From NCBI GenBank assembly GCA_000091205.1, contig AP006494.2: a DNA stretch of 64,000 nt; one strand, 5' to 3'. Source of the stretch: Cyanidioschyzon merolae (taxonomy: Eukaryota). The translations under genes were made by a program, and so were the position numbers. Of the stretch, positions 31,585 through 41,682 are shown piece by piece (position 1 is the stretch's first letter; the number at the start of each line of letters is the position of its first letter). Below the pieces are notes generated by a model that was not told where the DNA came from, did not search any database, and worked only from the letters and a program-made list of their open reading frames with translations.

Positions 31585-32349
31585 TTACTGCACAATCGAC
31601 AGCTCCACGGGGCGACGTTTTACGTACGCACCCTGGCGTTCCACGATCGCTCTCCAAGCGTCGTCCTCCGAGCGGAAAACAACACACGCTAGAGGCCGAG
31701 CTTTGCGTACAGGTACGGCATCTGCAACCTCGGTTCCTTCAGCGGCCAGTTGCGCCGCGGCATCCGTCTGCTCCGCGGTGCTCCCTGAAGTGTCCTCTGT
31801 GTGCGTATCCGCATCCGCTTCGACCTCAGCTGCGCTATCATGAAGGCGCACCTCCTCAACGTCGTAAGCGTTTACAAACAAGCGCCAAACGTCAGCAGCT
31901 TCTACCCCTCTTGCGAGGTTCGAGCAAACAACTGCTCGGCCAACGTCGGACACTCGAGACAGCGCCGGTCGGTGGAGTTCCCTCTCCAGAAAAGACTCGG
32001 GCGCCAGCGAGACCGCAGAAAACACAGAGCGAGCTCGTCGACCACGACCGAACGGTTGAGCACCCTGCTCGCCCGCAGCGCCGCCACCGTTGCTGGAACG
32101 CGAGCCGCGGCCTCGCTGCTGGTAGTCCAGAAGGCGCTGTGCAACTCGTGCAGCCTCTTCAGGATCCCGGAACTGTACCAGCCAACGAGCGCGATCCGAG
32201 TTACGCCGATTTGATCCTCGAAAGATCTGCGCTACTGCAGCCTTTTGCCAAACGTCCCCATAGCGCTTGAGGACGTACTCCACGTCAGATCGAAGCGCGT
32301 ACTTTGCCAGTTCCAGTAGAAGCACGGGGCGGGCGCCGACTGTCGTCAT
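31585..32349 (-). CDS. Hypothetical RNA-binding protein with RRM-like segments
   Basis: Genuine ATG; VVCSNLARGVEAADVWRLF.. and LACVVFRSEDDAWRAIVERQGAYVKRRPVELSIV resemble RRM RNP-2/RNP-1 regions, with a Gly/Arg-rich linker. Confidence 0.4.
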   Translation of the reverse strand: MTTVGARPVLLLELAKYALRSDVEYVLKRYGDVWQKAAVAQIFRGSNRRNSDRARWLVQFRDPEEAARVAQRLLDYQQRGRGSRSSNGGGAAGEQGAQPFGRGRRARSVFSAVSLAPESFLERELHRPALSRVSDVGRAVVCSNLARGVEAADVWRLFVNAYDVEEVRLHDSAAEVEADADTHTEDTSGSTAEQTDAAAQLAAEGTEVADAVPVRKARPLACVVFRSEDDAWRAIVERQGAYVKRRPVELSIVQ

Positions 32350-32691
32350 CTTATGCTCACAACCGACAGTTTTAAAGTTGACGACGAGCTAGGTGAAGCC
32401 GTTCGAGAAGCGTCCGCGAAGGCTCGGAGGCAGCAAGCTCGAGTACTCGAGGTTTAGGTCCCGCGGCCTGAATATTTTTCAGGTAGTAACACGACGTCGA
32501 TCACAGTGCGGACGGCATGCGACGACGGACCTCGGTTATGAACGTTGAGTTCTAAAATATGCATTAAAGTTCGATAGGTACATTTTAATATCATATCCAT
32601 CCACTCTTGCCGCGCATAGGCACCTCTGCGCGCCCTGTAACCCTCATCGAAAGGTGTAGACGGCCCGCGGAGCTTCGGCTCCGTCTTTCTC

Positions 32692-33771
32692 ATGACCGAG
32701 GACGGCAGACCAGTTGTGATCGATTCCGGAGCACTTTACACACGTGTAGATTTCGCTGGTAATGATGTGCCAAGTGTAACAGTGCGAACGGCGTCTGAAA
32801 CGCCTGTAAACGGCGTCAGCGTGGAGACCGATCCCGGTCGCAGCGCCGGTGCGATTCCGGACTGGGAGAGGCTCGCTGGTTTCTGGGACTCGGTTCTGAC
32901 GGAGAGTCTTGGGACCAGGGCAGAGAATCAGCCACTCTTGGTCGTTGATTGGGCAGAGTCAACGAAGTTCTCCAGGGAGCTTCTGGCACAAGTCGCTTTC
33001 GAAACACTGGGCGTGCCGGCGCTTTACCTCGCAGCACCTGCAGTTCTCGCACTATACGCTGTCAACCGAACAACGGGCTTATCTATTGACGTAGGGCATA
33101 CGAGTTTGCGGATCGCGCCTGTGTACGAGGGTTTCCAGTTTGGATACGCGACGACCACGCTGCCGATCGGTGGAATCGATATCGAAGCAAGGCTCAGAAC
33201 GCTCGTTCTTGAAACGCACATCGGGGATGCGACCACGACACGAGCGTTAGACACGCTTGACTGGCGCGTACTAAAAGAGGCCGTTTCAGAAGTCCGGCCG
33301 AAGCAAGGCGTAGACGGCGAAACGTCAACGTTCACTGCCAAGCAATATGCAGTGGTCGAGGGGCGCAGCATCCTCGTCACCCCGGACCAGTACCTCGGCT
33401 GCACCGAGATGCTTTTCACGCCGGCGACCTCTCCCGATGGGAAAAACAGGAGCACATTCACGGAGAGGGTTCATCTAGCGCTTATGCAATGCGAGCCGGA
33501 TATTCGGCGAGAACTTGCCGCGAATATAATGTTATATGGAGGTGGCGCTGCGCTCAAAGGACTCGCAGAACGTCTTCGTAGTGAGCTCGTTGACGTATTG
33601 CCGTCGTCTATGCATCCGAATGTCGCTGTTGCGCATGACCCTTCGACCGTCGCTTGGCGTGGGGGATCGATTCTTGCCTCCATAACGATGTTTCAGCAGT
33701 TGTGGGTCACGAAGCAAGATTATAACGAACATGGGCCGCTCTGCATTCTGCGAAAAGATACGATGCGATGA
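32692..33771 (+). CDS. Actin-related protein (divergent ARP, 359 aa)
   Basis: VVIDSGALYTRVDFAGNDVP (phosphate-1 loop), LLVVDWAESTKFSRELLAQVAFETLGVPALYLAAPAVLALYA, SIDVGHTSLRIAPVYEGF, ANIMLYGGGAALKGLAERLRSEL, VAWRGGSILAS..FQQLWVTKQDYNEHGP. These are co-linear with the actin fold motifs. Confidence 0.8.
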   Translation: MTEDGRPVVIDSGALYTRVDFAGNDVPSVTVRTASETPVNGVSVETDPGRSAGAIPDWERLAGFWDSVLTESLGTRAENQPLLVVDWAESTKFSRELLAQVAFETLGVPALYLAAPAVLALYAVNRTTGLSIDVGHTSLRIAPVYEGFQFGYATTTLPIGGIDIEARLRTLVLETHIGDATTTRALDTLDWRVLKEAVSEVRPKQGVDGETSTFTAKQYAVVEGRSILVTPDQYLGCTEMLFTPATSPDGKNRSTFTERVHLALMQCEPDIRRELAANIMLYGGGAALKGLAERLRSELVDVLPSSMHPNVAVAHDPSTVAWRGGSILASITMFQQLWVTKQDYNEHGPLCILRKDTMR

Positions 33772-35382
33772 GTTCGAGTACGTGGCAGCTACAGAGAAAC
33801 GCACCCACGTGACGTAGAGGATCTGCACGTGATCCATGAAAGCTCTTTCATGGGTCCACAGTTTTCTTGTTGTAGTGGATCATGGGTGACGTGAGCTGTG
33901 CCTTGAATAAGGACGACGAAAATTTGAACGCGCTGCATGATGATTCCATCCATGGAATAGGAGATCGCTTCCGGTCCTAGTTCCTGAAACGGGGAAGTCA
34001 ACGCGGCAATTCAGAAAGAGGTATCTCGGTATATAAGGAGGCGACGTTTCCTCAAGGTGGAAACGCGGGCCGCGAGCGCTCTGGTCTAGAATTTTTATGC
34101 AACCCATGAGCATGGGCAATTTTTTAAACCTGCCTAGAAGAATGAAGCGGATCTCGCCGCTTCCACGTGCGCCATTGCAGAGTTTGAGCAGACGAAACCA
34201 CGAGCCGAGAACGAATACGTGTGAATTTTTTGCTTTCTCCAAAACATACGCATTTCACAAACTCCTTAGCTGTTTCTGGTACGAGCCAGTCCACTGTACA
34301 GGTGCACGCTAGTTCCTGCGTTCTGCCTTGTAATCCAGACACGATGAAAGTCACTCGCGGGCAGGTGCGATGTGCACTACACACGTATTAGATTAAAACG
34401 GAACACCGAACGAGTCGCGCTGCTCCTGCCTTGCGATCCTTTTTCCGAATTTGTTGCGATGAACTGCCTTGACATTCGACATGCAGTAATGAGAATTCGT
34501 GGATGCGTATGTAGACTTTGGATGCTAGGTCGTCGTTTTGGAGTGACTCGAATGACGCTATGCCGCTGGAATGCGCGCCGTCACCAGCATCCCGATGATT
34601 CCCGACGCAAGCGAACAAAAGCGCTTAGAAGAACTGGTGTCGTTTTCCAGCGCTTACGTGCAAGCCTCCAGTGCTCCCCTTTTCGTATACGTAGCATGTT
34701 CGAATCCCGCATTGTACCAGTTTTCGATCGTTCTGCTTCAAGGCAATGCTTGGACGCAGCGATTCGTGCCACTGGATCGGGGACGAAAACTTCTGGAAGT
34801 CGATGCTGGACAGCTTCTTCATAGGCTCATGAGGAATGTTCACTAGATATCTTACTTGCAATGATCGGTTCCGTTCGGATCCTAAATCATCCTCACTTGG
34901 AAGCTATTCACGGAACTACATTCGACAGCACCCTGATCCGTATCACCGTGAATACTCCAAGATACTCACGTCTCGTTTGTTGGCATGGAAGATGATCTTG
35001 GACTCGGGCCGCAGTCATCGCAGGGATCGCGAACAAGAAAGCGTGCGTCACCGCTTAGCACGAAGGGAGCATATACGGGCCTAAATTTCCCGGCTTGCAC
35101 TCTAGCCGAGACTTTCCATCCGGTATTTTTTCCATCCCAGACATCATAGCGTTCCACAAAACCTGTATTAAATGAAACAGCGTGCGTTTGCGTCTGCTGC
35201 GGACAGAGCACTCGCCGTGGGGATTGTGTCGAAGAAGCCCGCGATCCTAGGTCGCCACACTGGGCCCAGAAACCGAGGTAGGCGTCGCCTTGAGCATTCG
35301 TTACTCGTTACAGGTATAATTCGTGAGCAATAAGGCATGTGTTTGGATAACAAAGGGAGGTCTCGGAGGGCGGTGTCTGTGG

Positions 35383-35398
35383 GTGTGTGTGTGTGTGT
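35383..35398. repeat. (GT)8 microsatellite
   Basis: gtgtgtgtgtgtgtgt read directly. Confidence 0.9.
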
Positions 35399-35496
35399 TT
35401 GGTAGACATATGGGAAAACCCGCCCACTGCCAAGTGTCTCACAGCCGCGACAAACGCCCCAAGGCCATGTACAATAAACATGGAAAAGGCAAGTGA

Positions 35497-35600
35497 AGGG
35501 TAGATCGGAATTTCCAAAATTGCATGAAATGCGAAGAGCTAATCCGAAGAGAGCGAAATCGGAACTTGAACGCTGCCATCGACATCCCTCGACACCTGAA
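35497..35600 (+). pseudogene. TnpB/Fanzor-like C-terminal fragment (CxxC plus RuvC-III-like), plus strand
   Basis: Translation reads ...NFQNCMKCEELIRRERNRNLNAAIDIPRHLKT, compared with TnpB ..C..CG...nRDxNAAxNI. A stop lies a few codons upstream, so it is an isolated fragment. Confidence 0.3.
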
Positions 35601-35806
35601 GACTGAGCTGGAGGAACAGGAACAACCGGCATATATAGAGCCGGGGATATGCGAGAGGAAAAGGAACCATTCGCAGAAGAAGCCCGCTAATGCTGGTACT
35701 GATAGTGACGGGGAGGAATCCAAAGGTTTGCACGAATGTCCGGTTTCGATAAGTGGACCCATTCCATCGTATACTGGCATTTGTGTATCCGGCACCAAAT
35801 GTATGT

Positions 35807-36233
35807 TCAGTTGAGCAGAAACGCTCTGCGAACATAGGGTAAATGAATACCCACTCGCGCATGCCTCCCAACCTTTTTCGACTGGCCCCTTGCAATCTGT
35901 TTCAGCTTCTCCTTGCTCACCACGACACTGAGAGTTTGCCCCAGAAATTTGGATCGCGTCAGCTCCTCGGATATCGTCTTCAGCACCGCACATCTCCTGA
36001 TATTAATGGCGGCATTAGAGTCTCGGTTCACGAACTCCTTACGTGACCTGCCGCTTGTCGAACTTGCCGATGCAAGGCGTCCCCGAACTCGTGCCCTCAG
36101 TTCTACTTGGTGCTCTGTCAATTCTCAGCGCTTTTCTTTCGACGAAGTGCTCCGCTGCCTTCTCTCCATCTCAACCTTCCGAACTGTACATTCCAACTCT
36201 TTTCTTATATTTTGGAAAAACGAACGCACTTGC
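35807..36233 (-). pseudogene. TnpB/Fanzor-like gene remnant (copy 2), frameshifted, same family as 6055-6879
   Basis: GRSRKEFVNRDSNAAINIRRCAVLKTISEELTRSKFLGQTLSVVVSKEKLK...SKK is co-linear with copy 1 (FVNRDFNVAINIRRCAVMERRPPELTRANFVGEPLQVEFYGNKLK...SKK). The adjacent upstream frame gives KELECTVRKVEMERRQRS, compared with copy 1 HELGCTLQSVQIEKCQRS. It is interrupted by stops. Confidence 0.5.
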
Positions 36234-36760
36234 TTATGCGCTTACGAGAGGACCTTCCCAGCGGGAAAAAACTTGCCCGAGAACGATGACATGTGCGCCG
36301 GTGTGTCATCTTGCTGAATACTCCAGCGATCCGCTCAATGGAGCGATCATTGCGTATCACGATAGAAAACATTCCCCCGATGCGGTTGAGCCACGGAGTA
36401 TGCGGAGGAATGAAAAACAGCTCTACTCCCCGACAGAATCTGCACAAACTCGGACATATCGGGAACGGTGAAATACCACGTTTCCCAATAGAAGGACATC
36501 GCCAGAGGTCTGGGCAAAGTCGTCCACGCTTCGACAAAGTGATTGGTCCTTTTGAATGTAAATTCTCTACTTGCGAAACTGAGACCGCGAGATGAATCCA
36601 CTGCAGCTGGAAACGATGATGATGATGTCTTAGTTTTCTTCGTGTTCAATTGTACATACAATGGGCCCCCTCTGCGCGAATATCCATTTACGCTCTGAAA
36701 ATTTCGTCCGAAGCAAGTCTCATCGACTGAGAAAAACAAATCGACGCCACTCTGCTTCAT
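36205..36760 (-). mobile_element. Tc1/mariner-type (DDE_3) transposase remnant, frameshifted
   Basis: LFFSVDETCFGRNFQSVNGYSRRG (first-D block, compared with vfiDEsgf) in ORF 36347-36760. ELFFIPPHTPWLNRIGGMFSIVIRNDRSIERIAGVFSKM (compared with LPPYSPDLNPIE..W..lK) in ORF 36205-36537. Confidence 0.5.
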
Positions 36761-37361
36761 ACCGATCGCAACGGTCCAGTAACTTTGTTGCAGTCGCGAT
36801 TTCTGTCGCGGATGGCCGTGCCTGCATTAGGACTCTGCTGCGATTGGTCCCCAGTGTTTCCAGGGCCATACGAACAAGCTGGTGATAAACAGAAACGCCC
36901 GTGGCGTGTCTTATCGGCGCTATTGCTTCCCATACGGTGATCCATGGATCACATTCTACAGTTGACCGCGAGCACACGCTGTGAGAGTACCAGTTTTTGA
37001 TGCGGAGCGCCTGTGCTTGTTCTTTAATCTTCCTCAGCCATCTGCGTTCTATGGTATGACCGACCGGAAGGAGGCATGCAGCCCTACTTGCACTGTTCAG
37101 TAAAGAATGCATATCCCACGAGCAATTCGTCTACAGTCTGTACTGTGCACTCCAGCATGATTTCGATCAGCTGCTGTACACCGCAGCAGGCGTGTAAAAA
37201 AATCGAGTTGAAAGACTGGAACACGGGCGTAAGTGCACCTGCAGCGGATCGCTTCGAAACGCGCACATACGCGGCAGGTATCCGAGGTTCTGCTCGGTGA
37301 AGCGTCTTCGTTCATTCGCGAACGCCTCACTGGACACTATTAACACAGATCTTGGGAGGTA

Positions 37362-39023
37362 ATGGATCCACCTCCCGAGTCACTGCGTTCTGTGTGGTGT
37401 GCGATTCTCTTCCGAGCGCTAAAGGCACTCGAGCAGGCCAACTCGAACAGGAGTTCTTTTACTGCGAGGGAAATCATCGACTACGTCGACGCACACTGGG
37501 ATCAAGTTGCACAGGGTGCAGAGTTCCGTCGCAAGTTCAGTGTGGAACTCACAAGAAGACTTCAACCAGACAGTGCTCTCGTCGAGTTGGACAGGAACCC
37601 AAGTGCGCTTGACGCTGAGCAGACGCACGAGGCATATTGGAAGCTTCGGCTGGGTGTGGACTCCTATGACTGGAGCCTGATAACCGAGGAACATGCAAGC
37701 CGCCTCGCCGATGATCTGGACCTAGAGCCTGCGCCCAAGCGGGCTCGCTCTACGTCCGCGGAAACGAAGAGCACCGCTTCACTGCTGTTAGCGCCAGCAC
37801 CTGGAACAACTGCATCGGGGTCGCCAGAAACCCCAACTGAACCACAACGCGTCGCGACTTTGGCAGACATCGAATCATCCACTGGTCGCACTTCTGCTGT
37901 GTCGAATCGAGCAGAAGAGAGGTCTGCGTCTGGTCCGGCGGGCGTGCCGCGCACCGAAGGAAACACCAGAACACGACACGGGGGGCATTCGGCCCGCTCC
38001 GCTGCAACCGATGGTGGACAACGTACCATTCGACGAGGTGGACTTGTCGCCCAGTTCAGTGAATCTGTGCTGGCTCGTTTAAAAGCCGGTGTGCCCGTAG
38101 AGGAAATCGATCCCTTAGAGCTCATCGATGATGCCGCAATTCTGGAATGGAGGAAACCGCCGCGTGGGGTGCCCTACACCCTAAGCGAGCACCAGCGAGA
38201 TCCAAAGCTTCAGTTATCGTCGGACCTCTTAACGGTGACTGGAGAGCGCGGCTTCCGCAGTATACGCGGTATTCATGGCGTTGCGACTGGTGACTGGTTC
38301 TTTGAGATCCAGGTGCTGGCAGGGGAACCGCCACCGCTGCCCTGCCACGAGAGCGTCGTCGATCGCGATGGAGTCCAGCCTCATATAAGAGTCGGGTTCG
38401 GCTCCTGCCGGGCTGAGGTATCCTTCCCGGTCGGTTGGGAAGTTCACGGCTATGCGTATCGGGATAAGACTGGCGACAAGGTTCACGACTGCATCCCGGA
38501 GGCATACGGTTCCTGTTGGGGCCAGCTCGGTGACGTGATCGGTTGTCGAATCTGCCTGCCACCGAGTCTTGACGCTCGCGAAGAGGCTCTTATTCGACGA
38601 CTCGATGATGCCTGGTTTGATTTCAAAGGCATGAACATGGGTCTCGGGAGCAAACCGAAAATGCCACCGCCAACAGAGCTCCTCTATACCACGGACAGAG
38701 AGTCAAGCCATGTCGCCACTGGTACCTATATTGAATTTTTCAAGAACGGTGTCTCGCAGGGTATCGCATTCCGGAACCTAATACCTGCTGTATACTATCC
38801 GATGATTTCTCTGTACATGGGAGCCAGATGTCGAGCCAACTTTGGAGCGGAACCTTTCCGCACGAGCATTCCCCCAGGCTGTCGAGGTTTTTGCGAGTCA
38901 ACGCCGCCACCGTGGACGTTGACCCCGGAAGCAAACGCGGACTCTGCGACATTTAGGTCTGACGACGGTCACACTGGTCCGTATGTCCCGGGAATCAGCA
39001 CAATAGAGACACTAGAAGCGTAG
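37362..39023 (+). CDS. ASH2-like COMPASS/Set1 complex subunit (N-terminal winged-helix region plus SPRY/B30.2 domain)
   Basis: The SPRY core HGYAYRDKTGDKVHDCIPEAYGSCWGQLGDVIGCRICLPPS matches ASH2L GYSYGLRSKDGKKWHNG..PYGEPFGEGDVIGCLIDLP. GDWFFEIQVL is the SPRY signature. Genuine ATG at 37362. Confidence 0.75.
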   Translation: MDPPPESLRSVWCAILFRALKALEQANSNRSSFTAREIIDYVDAHWDQVAQGAEFRRKFSVELTRRLQPDSALVELDRNPSALDAEQTHEAYWKLRLGVDSYDWSLITEEHASRLADDLDLEPAPKRARSTSAETKSTASLLLAPAPGTTASGSPETPTEPQRVATLADIESSTGRTSAVSNRAEERSASGPAGVPRTEGNTRTRHGGHSARSAATDGGQRTIRRGGLVAQFSESVLARLKAGVPVEEIDPLELIDDAAILEWRKPPRGVPYTLSEHQRDPKLQLSSDLLTVTGERGFRSIRGIHGVATGDWFFEIQVLAGEPPPLPCHESVVDRDGVQPHIRVGFGSCRAEVSFPVGWEVHGYAYRDKTGDKVHDCIPEAYGSCWGQLGDVIGCRICLPPSLDAREEALIRRLDDAWFDFKGMNMGLGSKPKMPPPTELLYTTDRESSHVATGTYIEFFKNGVSQGIAFRNLIPAVYYPMISLYMGARCRANFGAEPFRTSIPPGCRGFCESTPPPWTLTPEANADSATFRSDDGHTGPYVPGISTIETLEA

Positions 39024-39768
39024 CAGGGAGGCACAGCGCATTGGCAGCTTAGACTGGACGTTTTCTGGGCCAAGACCTCTCACAGCGAGTACCCTACTTT
39101 ACGTTCTAGGATACATGGCTGTAGCGCTGTGCAGCGAACAGAAAAGAACAAACTATACACGACCAGAAGACGAGAGCAATCCCGCTTCTTCGTCCAGATA
39201 CGATCTACAGGATGTTGTGCGCACGATGGCCATGGAAATCATCGAAAACGTGACCTCCCACGACAGGTCGCAGCTTTGCTTGCAATGTGCTTCTGGTACG
39301 AATAGCTAGTCTCTACTCTGTGAAAGTAACGCAACGATTCATGTCGAGAACAGGACATCGAGCTTTGATTCTGTCTGGAACGGTGAGCTCTGTTCGTTTA
39401 GTATGATTCGAGCTCTGCGTTGAAGGCATGCAGCGTCCTCAGCACTGCGGCAAAAGAAAGCGCAATTGGCGCGCTTTATTGAGGTAGATCTTTATGAAGC
39501 AGCGTCTGAGGAAGCACTGCGCTGCGCGAACTCTATTGAGCAACGCTCTTGTTACTGAAGCGCCAGTCACAACACAATGCCCCTGTCTGTGAACCGCATC
39601 AACCGGAATGGAGTGCTGTTGTCAACAATGCGCCAGACATGAAACGATACTAACAGTCGGAAAGCATGTCAAACGAAAGAGGAGAGCTTTCATCACTGAG
39701 ACGCCAGAAACGAAACAATACTGATAATCGAAAACCGAGTCAAGCGGGAATGGATACCCTATTGATTG

Positions 39769-39812
39769 TCGTTGTTGCTCAGGGTCTGATTTCAGACCCT
39801 GAGCAACAACGA
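39769..39812. repeat. Perfect inverted repeat: 21-bp arms (tcgttgttgctcagggtctga) with a 2-nt spacer
   Basis: tcgttgttgctcagggtctga-tt-tcagaccctgagcaacaacga read directly. It lies in an AT-richer intergenic region between ASH2-like and the Tim17-family gene. Confidence 0.9.
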
Positions 39813-40593
39813 AATGGACTGTCTCATACAGTGCACGCGTGTTGGATTTTCTCGCAGAGCAGACCAGAACAGAACAAGTGCATGCGTCAATGCACCATGC
39901 CTGCAAGTGGCGCACCAACCCGTCAAATAGACTCGGACGAGGCTTGTGCTCGGCAACATTCGAGAGCATCTGATTCCTGGAGGGCGCCGATCCAAAGGTC
40001 CATGGTAGGTGCTCTGGAAGCGGTTGCTTCGGCAGCGGCCCCGGAGGCGCTAGACGCACGACACCAGATCCCAGACAGCAGTCTATCCGGTGTCTTTCCG
40101 TTTGAATGATGTTGCTCTCTGAATAGCAACATATCCAATACACCAGTCGTCTAAGAAGTCTCTTTTTCAACGAAAGTAGCTGCTTTGCGGGCAACGTACG
40201 GACGGCACGTGTTTCATTTCGACAGCGAAACGCGCTCTTGAGTATCCATCGAGCATGCGAAATACAAGATCCGCTTCAGTCTCTTTGCGCGAGGATTCGA
40301 ATCCCATCGGAAATGCCGACTCTCAGCGCCGTCATCGATCTGATACAATTTGCGCTGCAACTTTTTACCGCATTTAAACTAACTTGACTGTATGATGGGT
40401 TTCTCCGGCGAATTCCGACGAGCGACGTGGATGACCTGTGAACAGCACCGACCTCGCACCAGGCAAGTTTGCGTCAGGCGCAATCACCAGGCGATCGTTA
40501 CGCGACGCGTCGAGTATCCTCACAATCCTGGATGCTCGTGCCGGAATGTCCCCACAGCTGCCGCGAATACCGGTGTGCACTGCGCTCCAGGCA

Positions 40594-41217
40594 TCACTTT
40601 GGGGAGCAGTCGCAAGGACTCGCCGGCTCGGCACCTCGTTCGTGCTCCAGACGGGCCCTGCGTTCCCGCAGTTCCTCCTCTAGGCTCGCCCGCTTCGCTA
40701 CAAGCTCCGCGAGTTCAACATGAGGTGGCCGATACCCCGGTCTCACCGGTTGAATAGGTAGCCACTCGGGCCACTGGAAGCTTTCAGTCTCGTTACGCAC
40801 AGCTGCTGAACTTGACGCGGGCGTTCGCTGCCGCCAGTGCCCCACCGTGGACAAGGACCAGTGCACAGCACCGCAGAGTGCAGCCAAAGTGAGCGCACTC
40901 TGAGGACATCGCCCTGGACCACTAATACCGAGGCCAACGAACCACCCAACAAAAGCTCCAGCGAGCACCGAGTTCCACGGATCTTGAACGCCCTGCCGCC
41001 GTTCCTGGAACACGCGTTGCAAGGCAAAAAACGGCACTCCCGCTAGTACAAATCCAGCACTGCCGATGACGGCAGCTGTTGATACACGGTACCCTCGAAC
41101 CGCTGCAGTTACGAGTCCAGAGACGGCACCCGCACCCGCACAGAGGGCTCCGCGCTCTGCGAGCTCCTCTTGAACACCCGGTTGTTGCAGGGTACGAATA
41201 ACAAAGAGCTTGTCCAT
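40594..41217 (-). CDS. Tim17/Tim22/Tim23/OEP16 (PRAT) family membrane protein with a C-terminal coiled-coil tail
   Basis: Gly/Ala-rich transmembrane segments GAGAVSGLVTAAVRG, AAVIGSAGFVLAGVPFFAL, VLAGAFVGWFVGLGISG, LTLAALCGAVHW fit the 4-TM GxxxG pattern of the PRAT family. Genuine ATG. Confidence 0.45.
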   Translation of the reverse strand: MDKLFVIRTLQQPGVQEELAERGALCAGAGAVSGLVTAAVRGYRVSTAAVIGSAGFVLAGVPFFALQRVFQERRQGVQDPWNSVLAGAFVGWFVGLGISGPGRCPQSALTLAALCGAVHWSLSTVGHWRQRTPASSSAAVRNETESFQWPEWLPIQPVRPGYRPPHVELAELVAKRASLEEELRERRARLEHERGAEPASPCDCSPK

Positions 41218-41682
41218 ACGCTGCGTGCTTAACAGTATCCCTCTCCCTATTATAGACGAAATCTTTCTTACATTACAGCAACAGGCACGACATACTCGAA
41301 CGGACCTAGGTCTCCGGAAACCGCTTGCCCGGCACAGCGAGCAGCAAAGCGCATGCTGCCGTGTTATGCGGAGCAGAGGGTGGCGTCTTGCGGGTCACCG
41401 GAGCTCCGCACCCGAAGGTTGCACGTTTTTTGGAATAGGTGGAACGTGTGCGCCTCTTTGGCAAGCTACGTATTTGCACTTGCGGACCCGTAGCACGTTC
41501 AGAGCCGGAGGCTTCTTTCTACCAGCTTCAACCCTGACTCACAAGAACACTTGCCCGCGTTGGGAAGCTGCAGCGCTGCCGACCTTGACGTCCCAGGCGC
41601 AGCGCCACCGCCAACAAAAGCAGCAACCTTCTGAACCCATAGACGCCTTTGGTGCCACCATATACTGACACGTCTAGTCTCA

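Noticed and set aside
39622-40194. Mutually overlapping ORFs (190 aa on the minus strand, 147 aa on the plus strand) spanning the palindrome
   Set aside because: They are antisense to each other across a perfect inverted repeat and have no domain similarity. This is most likely non-coding intergenic DNA.
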